The notes: generated by a model from the sequence alone, not told the origin. DNA of 64,000 nucleotides from Mobula hypostoma (GCF_963921235.1 NC_086108.1:16306001-16370000); one strand, 5' to 3'; shown: positions 35,837 through 48,690, counted from the first letter of the stretch. Translations and numbers: made by a program.

Positions 35837-38640
35837 AACTGAAGGAAGAGTGAGTAAGGGATTTGAAAGTTGGAGGGGGAGGGGGAGATCCAAAATGATA
35901 GGAGAAGACAGGAGGGGGAGGGATGGAGCCAAGAGCTGGACAGGTGATAGGCAAAAGGGGATACGAGAGGATCATGGGACAGGAGGTCCGGGAAGAAAGA
36001 CAAGTGGGGGGGGCGGAGCCAGAGGATGGGCAAGAGGTATATTCAGAGGGACAGAGGGAGAAAAAGGAGAGTGAGAGAAAGAATGTGTGCATAAAAATAA
36101 GTAACAGATGGGGTACGAGGGGGAGGTGGGGCCTTAGCAGAAGTTAGAGAAGTCGATGTTCATGCCATCAGGTTGGAGGCTACCCAGACGGAATATAAGA
36201 TGTTGTTTCTCCAACCTGAGTGTGGCTTCATCTTTACAGTAGAGGAGGCCATGGATAGACATGTCAGAATGGGAATGGGATGTGGAATTAAAATGTGTGG
36301 CCACTGGGAGATCCTGCTTTCTCTGGCGGACAGAGCGTAGATGTTCAGCAAAGCGGTCTCCCAGTCTGCGTTGGGTCTCGCCAATATATAAAAGGCCATA
36401 TCGGGAGCACCGGACGCAGTATATCACCCCAGTCAACTCACAGGTGAAGTGTTGCCTCACCTGGAAGGACTGTTTGGGGCCCTGAATGGTGGTAAGGGAG
36501 GAAGTGTAAGGGCATGTGTAGCACTTGTTCCACTTACATGGATAAGTGCCAGGAGGGAGATCAGTGGGGAGGGATGAGGGGGACGAATGGACAAGGGAGT
36601 TGCGTAGGGAGCGATCCCTGCGGAATGCGGGGGGGGGGAGGGAAAGATGTGCTTAGTGGTGGGATCCCGTTGGAGGTGGCGGAAGTTACGGGGAATAATA
36701 TGTTGGACCCGGAGGCTGGTGGGGTGGTAGGTGAGGACCAGGGGAACCCTATTCCTAGTGGGGTGGCGGGAGGATGGAGTGAGAGCAGATGTACGTGAAA
36801 TGGGGGAGATGTGTTTAAGAGCAGAGTTGATAGTGGAGGAAGGGAAGCCCCTTTCTTTAAAAAAGGAAGACATCTCCCTCGTCCTAGAATGAAAAGCCTC
36901 ATCCTGAGAGCAGATGCGGCGGACTAAATCACCATGGATGTCCAGTCCTTATAAGTTCCCTGGCCCCCACCGCTTTATTTTCACCATGGATGTCCAGTCC
37001 TTATATACTTCCATCCCCCATCAGGAAGGTCTCAAAGCTCTACGCTTCTTTTTGGATTACAGACCTAATCAGTTCCCCTCTACCACCACTCTGCTCCATC
37101 TAGCGGAATTAGTCCTTACTCTTAATAATTTCTCCTTTGGCTCCTCCCACTTCCTCCAAACTAAAGGTGTAGCTATGGGCACCCGTATGGGTCCTAGCTA
37201 TGCCTGCCTTTTTGTTGGGTTTGTGGCACAATCTAGGTTCCATGCCTATTGTCCCCTACTTTTCCTTCGCTACATCGACGATTGCATTGGCGCTGCTTCC
37301 TGCACGCACGCAGAGCTCGTTGACTTTATTAACTTTGCCTCCAACTTTCACCCTGCCCTCAAGTTTACCTGGTCCATTTCCGACACCTCCCTCCCCTTTC
37401 TAGATCTTTCTGTCTCTGTCTCTGTCTCTGGAGACAGCTTATCCACTGATGTCTACTATAAGCCTACTGACTCTCACAGCTGTCTGGACTATTCCTCTTC
37501 TCACCCTGTCTCTTGCAAAAACGCCATCCCCTTCTCGCAATTCCTCCGTCTCCGCCGCATCTGCTCTCAGGATGAGGCTTTTCATTTTAAGACGAGGGAG
37601 ATGTCTTCCTTTTTTAAAGAAAGGGGCTTCCCTTCCTCCACTATCAACTCTGCTCTTAAACGCATCTCCCCCATTTTACGTACATCTGCTCTCACTCCAT
37701 GCTCCCGCCACCCCACTAGGAATAAGGTTCCCCTGGTCCTCACCTACCACCCCACCAGCCTCCGGGTCCAACATATTATTCTCCGTAACTTCCGCCACCT
37801 CCAACGGGATCCCAGCACTAAGCACATCTTTCCCTCCCCCTCTCTCTCTGCATTCCGCAGGGATCGCTCCCTACGCAACTCCCTTGTCCATTCGTCCTCC
37901 CCATCCCTCCCCCACTGATCTCCCTCCTGGCACTTATCCGTGTAAGCGGAACAAGTGCTACACATGCCCTTACACTTCCTCCCTGACCACCATTCAGGGC
38001 CCCAAACAATCCTTCCAGGTGAGGCAACACTTCACCTGTGAGTCGACTGGGGTGATATACTGCGTCCGGTGCTCCCAATGTGGCCTTTTATATATTGGCG
38101 AGACCTGACACAGACTGGGAGACCGCTTTGTTGAACATCTACGCTCTGTCCGCCAGAGACAGCAGGATCTCCCAGTAGCCACACATTTTAATTCCACATC
38201 CCATTCCCATTCTGACATGTCTATCCACGGCCTCCTCTACTGTAAAGATGAAGCCACACTCAGGTTGGAGGAACAACACCTTATATTCCGTCTGGGTAGC
38301 CTCCAACCTGATGGCATGAACATCGACTTCTCTAACTTCTGCTAAGGCCCCACCTCCCCCTCATACCCCATCTGTTACTTATTTTTATGCACACATTCTT
38401 TCTCTCACTCTCCTTTTTCTCCCTCTGTCCCTCTGAATATACCTCTTGCCCATCCTCTGGGTCCCCCCCACCCTTGTCTTTCTTCCCGGACCTCCTGTCC
38501 CATGATCCTCTCGTATCCCCTTTTGCCTATCACCTGTCCAGCTCTTGGCTCCATCCCTCCCCCTCCTGTCTTCTCCTATCATTTTGGATCTCCCCCTCCC
38601 CCTCCAACTTTCAAATCCCTTACTCACTCTTCCTTCAGTT

Positions 38641-38676
38641 AGTCCTGACGAAGGGTCTCGGCCTGAAACGTCGACT
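38641..38676 (+). ncRNA. Minimal hammerhead ribozyme motif
   Basis: AGTCCTGACGAAGGGTCTCGGCCTGAAACGTC^GACT; predicted cleavage after C38672. Confidence 0.85.
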
Positions 38677-40525
38677 GCACCTCTTCCTACAGATGCTGCC
38701 TGGCCTGCTGCGTTCACCAGCAACTTTGATGTGTGTTGCTTGATTGTTAAGAATGTGGTTTTGGGCGACTTGGAGGCATATGATTAACAAGTTAAGACTC
38801 CATGGTATTACAGGAAAGATGCTAGCATACGTAGAATATTGTCTGACTGGCAGGAGGCAATACATGGAAATAAAGGGTGCTAGTGACTAGTGGTGTTCCA
38901 CAGGGGTCTGTGTTGGGACCGCTTCTTTTTATGTTATACATCAATGATTTGGGTGATGGAATGATGACCCTGTGGCCAATTTTGCAGACGATATGAAGAC
39001 AGGTGGAAAGGCAGGTAGTGTTGAGGAAGCAGACAGGCTACAGAAGGACTTACAAATAGATTAGGAGAATGGGCAAAGAAGTGGCAAATGGAATAGAGTT
39101 TCAAGAAATGTATGGTCATGTACTTTGGTAGAAGAAATAAAAGCATAGACTATTCTCAAAATAGAGCGAAAATTCATTAAATCTGAGGGGCAAAGGGACT
39201 TGAGAATCCTCATGCAGAATTCCTTAAAGGTTAATTTACAGGTTGAGTCAGTGGTAAGAAAGGCAAATGCAATGTTAGTATTCTTTTCAGAGGACTAGAA
39301 TATAAAAGTAAGCCTGTAATGTTGAGGCTTTATGAAACAACGGTGAGGCTTGAATATTGTGGGCAGTTTTTGGGCTCTTTATTTACGAAAGGATGTGCTG
39401 ACATTGGACGGGGTTCAAAGGAAGCTCATGAAAATGATTCTAGGATTGGAAGTCCTCATATTGGAAGGATATGAGGAGCCTTTAATGGCTCAAGGGCTGT
39501 ATTCCCTGAAGTTCAGAAGAATAAGAGGGGATCTCATTGAAACCTATCAAATGTTGAAAGGCCTCAATAGAGTGGATGTGGAGATGATGTTTCTTATGGT
39601 GGCGGAGTCTGAGCAGAGGATAACAGTCTCAGAATAGCGGGATATCCATTTAGAACTGTGATGAGAAATTTCTTTAGCCAGGTGGTGGTGAATCAGTGGA
39701 ATTCTTTGTCACAGGTCGCTGTAAAGATCAAGTCACTGAGTATATTTAAGAGAGAGGTTGATAAAGATTCTTGATTAAACAGGGTATGAAGGGATATGGG
39801 GAGAAGGCAGGTGATTGGGGCCCAGAATGACATGGATCAGCCATGATAAAATGGTGGAGCAGACTCAATGGGCCAAATGGTCTAATTCTGCTCCTATATC
39901 TTATGGTCTTAACCGTAACCGCCAACAAAATTTTAATACCGAGCCACAATTTCAGGTGATGAAAAATGTGGTCAAACTAATAAGCTTTGAAGAAAACCCA
40001 TGGATGGAAAAGATATCAAGTTAATTGGGGTTTATAGAAAGGGAGCTTATATAGGTAGGGAGTGATTGAGGCTATTAACTAAGTTTTGTTTGCCAATACC
40101 CATAATGCCCATTGGTTTGATGGAATAACTTGACTTGTGGGATAATAACTTTTTCTTTTTAATTCTGGGCCTTTCCCTTCCATTTGTTTACAACCCAGTC
40201 ACTTCTACAAACTTCCCACACCTCTAATTCTGGCTACTAGATCATATTCCCATTATTCTACCATTGGTCATCTTGCCTTGTTGCCAAGACCATAATCTCT
40301 GGAGTTCGAGCCATTAAACTTCAATAACTCTTTTTAAGATCCATCATTAAAACACCATCTTGATCATGGTTTTGATCGCTGCTAGTATCTCCTCTTTTGG
40401 TTTGCCACCTACTGTCATGATTCTACTTCTGTGAAAGGTTTCAGGCTTTATACAAATCCAACACCCAAGGACAGAATAATGCTGAAGTATTTACATGTCT
40501 GGACGCATGCAAAATGATCAAATAC

Positions 40526-40636
40526 CTGTGCTGCTTTCTGCTTGGCCTCTTCCAGCTGCTTCTGATTTGCCAACTTTTCCTGATCAGCCTTTAGCTTCAG
40601 CAAGGCCAAGTCATGCTCATGTCTCTGTTGCTGAGC
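40526..40636 (-). CDS. CEP350: CEP350 coding exon
   Basis: Acceptor TGTGTTCAG, donor CAG|GTATTT; 111 nt, phase 0 to 0; AQQQRHEHDLALLKLKADQEKLANQKQLEEAKQKAAQ. Confidence 0.95.
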
Positions 40637-40708
40637 CTGAACACAAACAGTCAATTAACCAGCACCAATCTCTTCACATTATATCACTGGGGATTTTTCC
40701 AAACAAGA

Positions 40709-41165
40709 CTGAATTGAATTGACTTTATTTCTTACATCCTTCACATACATGAGTAAAAATCTTTATGTTATGTCTCCACCTAAATATGCTATCATAGTAA
40801 TTTATAATAATTTATAATAAATAGAACAATGTTATAGAGTACACTCAAATCAGCATGAGCTCATCAGACTGATGGCCTGGTGGAAGAAGCTGTCCCAGAG
40901 CCTGTTAGCCCTGGCTTTTATGCTGCGGTACCGATTTACCAGATGGTAGCAACTGGAATAGATTGTGGTTGGGGTGACTTGGGTACCCAATGATCCTACG
41001 GGCCCATTTTACACACCTATCCTTGTAAATGTCCTGAATCATGAGAAGTTCACAACTACAGATGTGCTGGGCTCTCCACACCACTCTCTGCAGTTCCCAT
41101 AACCAGGCAGTGATGCAGCCAGTCAGGATGCTCTCAATTGTGCCCCTGTAGAAAGTTCTTAGAAT
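40709..41165 (-). mobile_element. LINE 3' fragment (Rex1/Babar-like)
   Basis: Tail (TGAAT)n on the plus strand; decayed ESILTGCIT-type coding sequence. Confidence 0.6.
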
Positions 41166-41276
41166 TTGAATTCAATTCAATATTGATGCAATTACAAAGG
41201 TGGCAACAGAGTGGCTATATTTCTTTAGGAGTTTGAGGAGAATTGGTATATCACCAAAGACACTCACAAGTTTCAA

Positions 41277-43140
41277 AAAAAACTGACTGTAAAAGCTTTT
41301 ATAGATATGTAAAAAGGAAAAGACTGGTAAAGACTGGACCCCTACAGACAGAAACAGGTGAATTGATTATGGGGAGCAAGGCCATGGCAGACCAATTGAA
41401 TAATTACTTTGGTTCTGTCTTCACTAAGGAGGACATAAATAATCTTCCAGAAATAGTAGGGGACAGAGGGTCCAGTGAGATGGAGGAACTGAGCGAAATA
41501 CATGTTAGTAGGGAAGTGGTGTTAGGTAAATTGAAGGGATTGAAGGCAGATAAATCCCCAGGGCCAGATGGTCTCCATCCTAGAGTGCTTAAGGAAGTAG
41601 CCCAAGAAATAGTGGATGCATTAGTGATAATTTTTCAAAACTCGTTAGATTCTGGACTAGTTCCTGAGGATTGGAGGGTGGCTAATGTAACCCCACTTTT
41701 TAAAAAAGGAGGGAGAGAGAAACCGGGGAATTATAGACCGGTTAGCCTAACGTCGGTGGTGGGGAAACTGCTGAAGTCAGTTATCAAAGATGTGATAACA
41801 GCACATTTGGAAAGTGGTGAAATGATCGGACAAAGTCAGCATGGATTTGTGAAAGGAAAATCATGTCTGACGAATCTCATAGAATTTTTTGAGGATGTAA
41901 CCAGTAGAGTGGATAGGGGAGAACCAGTGGATGTGGCATATTTGGATTTTCAAAAGGCTTTTGACAAGGTCCCACACAGGAGATTAGTGTGCAAACTTAA
42001 AGCACATGGTATTGGGGGTAAGGTATTGATGTGGATGGAGAATTGGTTAGCAGACAGGAAGCAAAGAGTGGGAATAAACGGGACCTTTTCAGAATGGCAG
42101 GCGGTGACTAGTGGGGTACGGCAAGGCTCAGTGCTGGGACCCCAGTTGTTTACAATATATATTAATGACTTGGATGAGGGAATTAAATGCAGCATCTCCA
42201 AGTTTGCGGATGACACGAAGCTGGGTGGCAGTGTTAGCTGTGAGGAGGATGCTAAGAGGATGCAGAGTGACTTGGATAGGTTGGGTGAGTGGGCAAATTC
42301 ATGGCAGATGCAATTTAATGTGGATAAATGTGAAGTTATCCACTTTGGTGGCAAAAATAGGAAAACAGATTATTATCTGAATGGTGGCCGATTAGGAAAA
42401 GGGGAGGTGCAACGAGACCTGGGTGTCATTATACACCAGTCATTGAAAGTGGGCATGCAGGTACAGCAGGCGGTAAAAAAAGGCGAATGGTATGCTGGCA
42501 TTTATAGCGACAGGATTCGAGTACAGGAGCAGGGAGGTACTACTGCAGTTGTACAAGGCCTTGGTGAGACCACACCTGGAGTATTGTGTGCAGTTTTGGT
42601 CCCCTAATCTGAGGAAAGACATCCTTGCCATAGAGGGAGTACAAAGAAGGTTCACCAGATTGATTCCTGGGATGGCAGGACTTTCATATGAAGAAAGACT
42701 GGATGAACTGGGCTTGTACTCGTTGGAATTTAGAAGATTGAGGGGGGATCTGATTGAAACGTATAGAATCCTAAAGGGATTGGACAGGCTAGATGCAGGA
42801 AGATTGTTCCCGATGTTGGGGAAGTCCAGAACGAGGGGTCACAGTTTGAGGATAAAGGGGAAGCCTTTTAGGACCGAGATTAGGAAAAACTTCTTCACAC
42901 AGAGAGTGGTGAATCTGTGGAATTCTCTGCCACAGGAAACAGTTGAAGCCTGTTCATTGGCTATATTTAAGAGGGAGTTAGATATGGCCCTTGTGGCTAC
43001 GGGGATCAGGGGGTATGGAGGGAAGGCTGGGGCGGGGTTCTGAGTTGGATGATCAGCCATGATCATAATAAATGGCAGTGCAGGCTCGAAGGGCCGAATG
43101 GCCTACTCCTGCACCTATTTTCTATGTTTCTATGTTTCTA
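41277..43140 (+). mobile_element. Young 5'-truncated CR1-type LINE
   Basis: RT frame open except for one frameshift in the A-run at about 42476-42481; tail (TTCTATGT)n. Confidence 0.93.
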
Positions 43141-43352
43141 TATACCATGGACAGCATTCTGACTGGGTGCATCAGCTGGTCTGGTGGGACCACTTCACTA
43201 CCTCAGTTTTTTTTGGCTCTCATTTTGCACTACTTATTTAATTTTTATATACTATATATAAATTTATAGTTTTTATTATGTACTGCAAAGTACTGTTGCC
43301 ACAAAACAATACATTTCATGACATATGCCGATGACATTAAACACGATTCTGA
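43141..43352 (+). mobile_element. Rex1/Babar-like LINE fragments
   Basis: MDSILTGCIS remnant followed by a 3' UTR homologous to 290-511. Confidence 0.5.
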
Positions 43353-43593
43353 CAAAACGCTTTGCAAGGCTGACATCTTTAGAATCTTGGGGAAATTCAA
43401 GTACACTATCAACTAAGTTTTAATGGAATTCAAGATCAGAACGTTATTTGGGTCCAGAACCAAAAAAATAGGGCTCAAAATAAGCAAAAATTAACACTTT
43501 GAATAGTTTGCCCTGAATTTATCTAAAGAGCCTGCAGAGATAATTCATAGGCAATGTCATTTAAAATACTTTAGAAACAGAAGACATTAGTAC

Positions 43594-43757
43594 CTTCAGG
43601 ATCTGAGCCAAAGATACACTCTCCTGTTGAGCAAGTGCAATTCCTCGAATCTTCTCCATCTCTGAGAGCTGGCGGACAGAGTCCTCTATTGCATCCAAGT
43701 AAGCAAGTTCAGCACTCATGCGATGCTGGAGTGCGAGTGGGGAACTTAACATAGAGG
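43594..43757 (-). CDS. CEP350: CEP350 coding exon
   Basis: Acceptor TTTTTTGCAG, donor AAG|GTACTA; 164 nt, phase 1 to 0; ...ALQHRMSAELAYLDAIEDSVRQLSEMEKIRGIALAQQESVSLAQILK matches the recalled CEP350 motif LAQQESVSLAQI. Confidence 0.93.
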
Positions 43758-44064
43758 CTGCAAAAAATGACAGGAAAGCAGAGAGAATTTTATAATTTTA
43801 TAATCAGTCAAATATTTGGAAAAATGCCAGCTTCACAAATGTCCTCAACCTTTACCAAAACAGGAATCATTTGGAAGCTGGTTATTAGCGAACAAAATAG
43901 ATAAGATGATACAGTGAAATCTAACTCAGGAAAGCAGAAGATTAAAATGCAATGTGTACCTAGTTCTATCATGGAATTAATAAGTAGTTAGCCCTTTATG
44001 CAAGTGATTATTCTCAATACCACCGATAACTGACTAAAATTATGCTTCATATTATTTAATTATG

Positions 44065-44427
44065 GAGATACAGCACAGAATAGGCTCTTCTGGCCCTTTC
44101 AGTCATGCTGCCCAGCAATCCCCTGAGTTAATCACAGGACAATTTACAATGACCAATTAACCTACCAACCAGCACATCTTGGACCACGAGAGGAAATCAA
44201 AGGTTACAGGGAGAAGGCCAGGAAATGGGGTTGAGGAGGAGAAAGGATGATTGAATGGTGGAGCAGACTCGATAGGCCAAATGATTCTGCTGCTATGTCT
44301 TACAGGAAACCAGAGCACCCGGAGGATACCCACATGGTCACAGGGAGAATGTACAAACTTCTTACAGGCAGTGGCAGGATCTGAACCTGGGTCACTGGTA
44401 CTGTAAAGCGTTGTGCTAACCACTATG
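44065..44427 (-). mobile_element. tRNA-derived SINE containing a short CR1 tail piece (about 44190-44303)
   Basis: Head AGCATAGTGGTTAGC...GGTTCAGATCC (A and B boxes); a related SINE lies at about 44705-44900. Confidence 0.65.
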
Positions 44428-44554
44428 CTGATGAAGGGTCTCGGCCTGAAATGTCAACTGTGCTTCTTCCTATAGAGGCTGCCTGGCCTGCTGTGTTCCA
44501 CCAGCATTTTGTGTGTGTTGCTTGAATTTCCAGCATCTGCAGATTTCCTCGTGT
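44428..44554 (+). mobile_element. PLE terminal-repeat mini-insertion starting at the hammerhead core
   Basis: Begins CTGATGAAGGGTCTCGGCCTGAAATGTC, followed by a variant terminal repeat; no long TSD; 5' arm of helix I absent. Confidence 0.8.
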
Positions 44555-44704
44555 CTACATCATTATTATCCCTATTTAGTTTTCCACAAGGTAATAAATT
44601 CTTTCATTTAATAAATGGTCAAACTATAAATGAATGAATAGAAAAATCATTGGGAGGGAAAGCAGACAACATCTAGAGACGGTATCATTTTATACATTTT
44701 TTTG

Positions 44705-44900
44705 GAGATACAGCACGGTAACAGGCCCTTGCAGCACAATGAGCCTGTGCTACCCAATGATACCAATTAACCTACTAACCCATATCTTTGGAATGTGGGA
44801 GGAACCAGAGTATCCGGAGGAAACCCACCCGGTCACAAAGGGCAATGTGCAAACTTCTTACAGACAACACCAGGGATCGAATCCCAGTCGTTAATCGCTT
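44705..44900 (-). mobile_element. tRNA-derived SINE, degenerate
   Basis: Homologous to 44065-44427. Confidence 0.55.
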
Positions 44901-44963
44901 CAATGGCATTACTCCAATCACTAAACTATCATAACACCCAAACCGAATGAATTCAATCTAGAG

Positions 44964-45043
44964 CAGGGATTCCCAACCTGGGGTGGACGGACCCCTCGGT
45001 TAATGGTAAGGCTCCATGGCATTAAAAAGGTTGGGCACCCCTG
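44964..45043. mobile_element. hAT-type MITE (80 bp)
   Basis: TIRs cagggattcccaacc / ggttgggcacccctg; perfect 8-bp TSD atctagag (44956-44963 / 45044-45051). Confidence 0.88.
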
Positions 45044-45125
45044 ATCTAGAGAACAGCTCCCTGGTCTCTGCTGGCATAACTGGAAAGCAGGCCACCAATG
45101 TAGCAAAAGTTCTCATCATACACAC

Positions 45126-45354
45126 CTGCAGCTGAGGTTGAAGGGAGTCTAGCTCCTGTCACACTGATGTCAGGAAGGAGTGGCCTAAAGGCAGGAGAAG
45201 GTGAAGGCAGCGGATAGGCTGTGGTGACATTTTGCCTTGTCCCATCTCCTGCTCCGGTTGCTGTGTCATTCTGTAAAGGTTTCTGGGATGCAGTGCTGAT
45301 AGCAGATTGAAAGGACAAACAGCTTGCAGCTTTCTTGGGCTTCATGGTCTCCAT
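45126..45354 (-). CDS. CEP350: CEP350 coding exon (most 5' exon found in window)
   Basis: Acceptor TTTTTAGTGTCCAG|ATG, donor G|GTGTGT; 229 nt, phase 0 to 1, joins the next exon in frame; encodes METMKPKKAAS...RLPSTSAA. The peptide is poorly conserved, so the assignment rests on splice signals and phase. Confidence 0.75.
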
Positions 45355-45964
45355 CTGGACACTAAAAACACATATTTGCAGAATTACATATTCTGACAAA
45401 GGTACTGATAATGAGGCGCCACGCGAACCAATTAAAACTGCCAATTTCATGCCTTTACATTTCATTTTGAAGCTCTGCTTTTAAATACCGCTTCAAGAGT
45501 CAAGGGTAAAAACTTAGCACTGAATGAGTCAGCACCTCCTCTGCCCCTAATAATAGTAAATACAATGCAATACTGTACACTACTTTTGAAACATGACACC
45601 CATCACTGCCCAAATACTATAACCATCAGGATTATGAACCTGCCAGTGAGTTGGCAGACAGATAATCAACACAGGGAACTACCAATTCAAACATAACATT
45701 CAGCCAGCTGGATGGAGAACTACAACAATGTAATCATTCACATAACACAAACCAGCAGGCAAGTTATCGAGACTCTTTAAAGGATAATAGGAAAAACTGA
45801 ATGAGTTGGCACGGTCTTAAGCCTGGGATATTCTCAGAGCCTAACAGCATGATAGTGGGATAAGGATAAGAATTCTTCCATCAATGGAAGAAGGAAGAAA
45901 ATATTCGAAATAGCGGTAACATCAGTTCGTTCCAAATGATGGATGTGTACTCTCCTTACCTAAA

Positions 45965-46800
45965 TATAGAGTCAGAGCAATACAGCACGGATATAGACAC
46001 TCAGCCCAACGTGTCCATGCTGACCATACTGCCCACATATCTCCTCAAAATTTTCTACATTCTAGCCCATATTTCTCGGAGCCCTGCCGCTGCACGACCT
46101 ATCCAAGAACTTCTAAATGATACTATTGCACCTGCACAACTATTTCATCTGGCTGTTCACTTACCACCCTGTGTGAAAAAGATGCCTCTGAAGTCATAGA
46201 AACATAAAAATAGAAAACCTGCAGCACAACACAGGCCCTTCGGCTCACAAAGCTGTGCCGAACATGTCCGTAACTGAGAAATTACCTAGGGTTATCCATA
46301 GCCCTCTATCTTTCATAAATCCTGCCTCTCAGGATCTTCTCCATCAACTTACCAACATCAGTTCTTTCCAAATGATGGATGTGTACTCTCCTTACCTAAA
46401 AGTCCTTTTAAAAAAGTCCTTTTTAAATCTTTCCCCTTTCATCCTAAATCAATGCCCCGAGTCTTGGACACCCCTACACGAAGAAAAAAGACTGTTGCCA
46501 TCTACTTTATCTATGGCTCTCATGATTTTATATACCTCTATAAAGGTTACTTCTCATTAACTTACATTCCAAGGAAGACAACCTGGCCAGCCTCTCCGTA
46601 ACTCAGGCCCTCTAGTCTTGGTAAAATCCTTTAAATCTGTTCTGCACTCTCTCCACCTATACTCGGTGACCTAATTGATGAAATGCCTTTTTCGCCATCG
46701 GTTACCACTTTCAATGAATCAGACACATGTACTCCGAGGTCTGAGGTCCCTCTGTTCCATTACACTCCCTATTGCCCTATAATTCATAGTAGGTCCCACA
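45965..46800 (-). mobile_element. Degenerate CR1 3' fragment with a composite insert at 46196-46400
   Basis: CR1 3' sequence; the insert comprises a second CR1 tail, an internal RT snippet and a copy of the local flank. Confidence 0.65.
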
Positions 46801-46885
46801 CTGGAATAAATGTAGAATGTCACTGTCACTATAAAACTTCAGTAACTTTTCTTTCTGTTAATTGAAATCATATACAGTGGTAAAC

Positions 46886-48690
46886 CATAGAAACTACAGC
46901 TCAGAAACAGGCCTTTTGGCCCTTCTTGGCTGTGCCGAACCATTTTCTGCCTAGTCCCACTAACCTGCACACGGACCATATCCCTCCATACACCTCCCAT
47001 CCATGTATCTGTCCAATTTATTCTTAAATGTTAAAAAAGAACCCGCATTTACCACCTCATCTGGCAGCTCATTCCATACTCCCACCACTGAAACTGAACA
47101 CAATACTCCAGATTCTGCCTCACCAATGCCTTATACAACCTCATCATAACATTCCAGCTCTTATACTCAATACTTTGATTAATAAAGGCCAATGTACCAA
47201 AAGCTCTCTTTACGACCCTATCTACCTGTGATGACACTTTTAGGGAATTTTGTATCTGTATTCCCAGATCCCTCTGTTCCACTGCACTCCTCAGTGCCTT
47301 ACCATTATCCCTGTATGTTCTACCTTGGTTTCTCCTTCCAACATGCAATACCTCACACTTGTCTGTATTAAACTCCATCTGCCATTTTTCAGCCCATTTT
47401 TCCAGCTGGTCCAAGTCCCTCTGCAGGCTCTGAAAACCTTGCTCACTGTCTACTACACCTCCAATCTTTGTATCATCAGCAAATTTGCTGATCCAATTTA
47501 CCACGTTATCATCCAGATCATAGAAACCTAGAAACATAGAAAATAGGTGCAGGAGTAGGCCATTCGGCCCTTCGAGCCTGCACCGCCATTTGTTATGATC
47601 ATGGCTGATCATCCAACTCAGAACCCCGCCCCAGCCTTCCCTCCATACCCCCTGATCCCCATAGCCATGAGGGCCATATCTAACTCCCTCTTAAATATAG
47701 CCAATGAACTGGCCTCAACTGTTTCCTGTGGCAGAGAATTCCACAGATTCACCACTCTCTGTGTGAAGAAGTTTTTCCTAATCTCGGTCCTAAAAGGCTT
47801 CCCCCTTTATCCTCAAACTGTGACCCCTTGTTCTGGACTTCCCCAACATCGGGAACAATCTTCCTGCATCTAGCCTGTCCAATCCCTTTAGGATTTTATA
47901 CGTTTCAATCAGATCCCCCCTCAATCTTCTAAATTCCAACGAGTACAAGCCCAGTTCATCCAGTCTTTCTTCATATGAAAGTCCTGCCATCACTACCACT
48001 CTTTGGCTTCTTCCATTGAGCCAATGTCTAATCCAATTTACCACCTCTCCATGTATACCTAGTGACTGAATTTTCCTAACTAACCTGCCATGCGGGACCT
48101 TGTCAAAGGCCTTACTGAAATCCATGTAGACAATATCCACTGCCTTCCCTTCATCCACTTTCCTGGTAACCTCCTCGAAAAACTCCAATAGATTGGTCAA
48201 ACATGACCTACCATGCACAAAGCCATATTGACTCTCCCTAATAAGTCCCTGTCTATACAAATGCTTGTAGATTCTGTCTCTTAGTACTCCCTCCAATAAT
48301 TTACCTACTACCGACGTTAAACTCACCGGCCTATAATTTCCCGGATTACTTTTCGATCCGTTTTTAAACAACGGAACGACATGAGCCACTCTCCAATCCT
48401 CCGGCACCTCACCCGTAGACAGCGACATTTTAAATATTTCTGCCAGGGCCCCCGCAATTTCAACACTAGTCTCCTTCAAGGTCCGAGGGAACACTCTGTC
48501 AGGTCCCGGGGATTTATCCACTTTAATTTTCCTCAAGACAGCAAGCACCTCCTCTTTTTCAATCTGTACAGTTTCCATGATCTCACTACTTGATTCCCTC
48601 AATTGCATAGACTTCGTGCCAGTTTCCTTAGTAATACAGACGCAAAAAACCTATTTAAGATCTCCCTCATTTCCTTTGGTTTCCTTTGGT
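46886..48690 (-). mobile_element. CR1-type LINE with an internal deletion and a nested young CR1 3' end (47520-47992)
   Basis: 46886-47519 matches the family at 50944-51935; 47520-47992 matches 42669-43140; the RT continues at 47993-48690. Confidence 0.85.

Larger units (their letters stand above)
35704..38739. mobile_element. Inverted (head-to-head) PLE dimer inserted as one unit
   Basis: 14-bp TSD ttgattgttaagaa (35690-35703 / 38740-38753); minus-strand copy 35704-36923 and plus-strand copy about 36952-38739, both 5'-truncated, each with a hammerhead. Confidence 0.92.
35083..39910 (+). mobile_element. Decayed CR1-type LINE interrupted by the inverted PLE dimer
   Basis: CR1 RT remnants at 35083-35703 and 38740-39910; tail cttatggtct. 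Confidence 0.82.

Noticed and set aside
35694..36074. Recurrent small ORFs of the MLVNAAGQAAS type (also 5432, 9855, 38385, 61806, 62331) as a small-protein family
   Set aside because: They are antisense translations of the non-coding PLE terminal repeat, mostly with non-ATG starts and variable ends.
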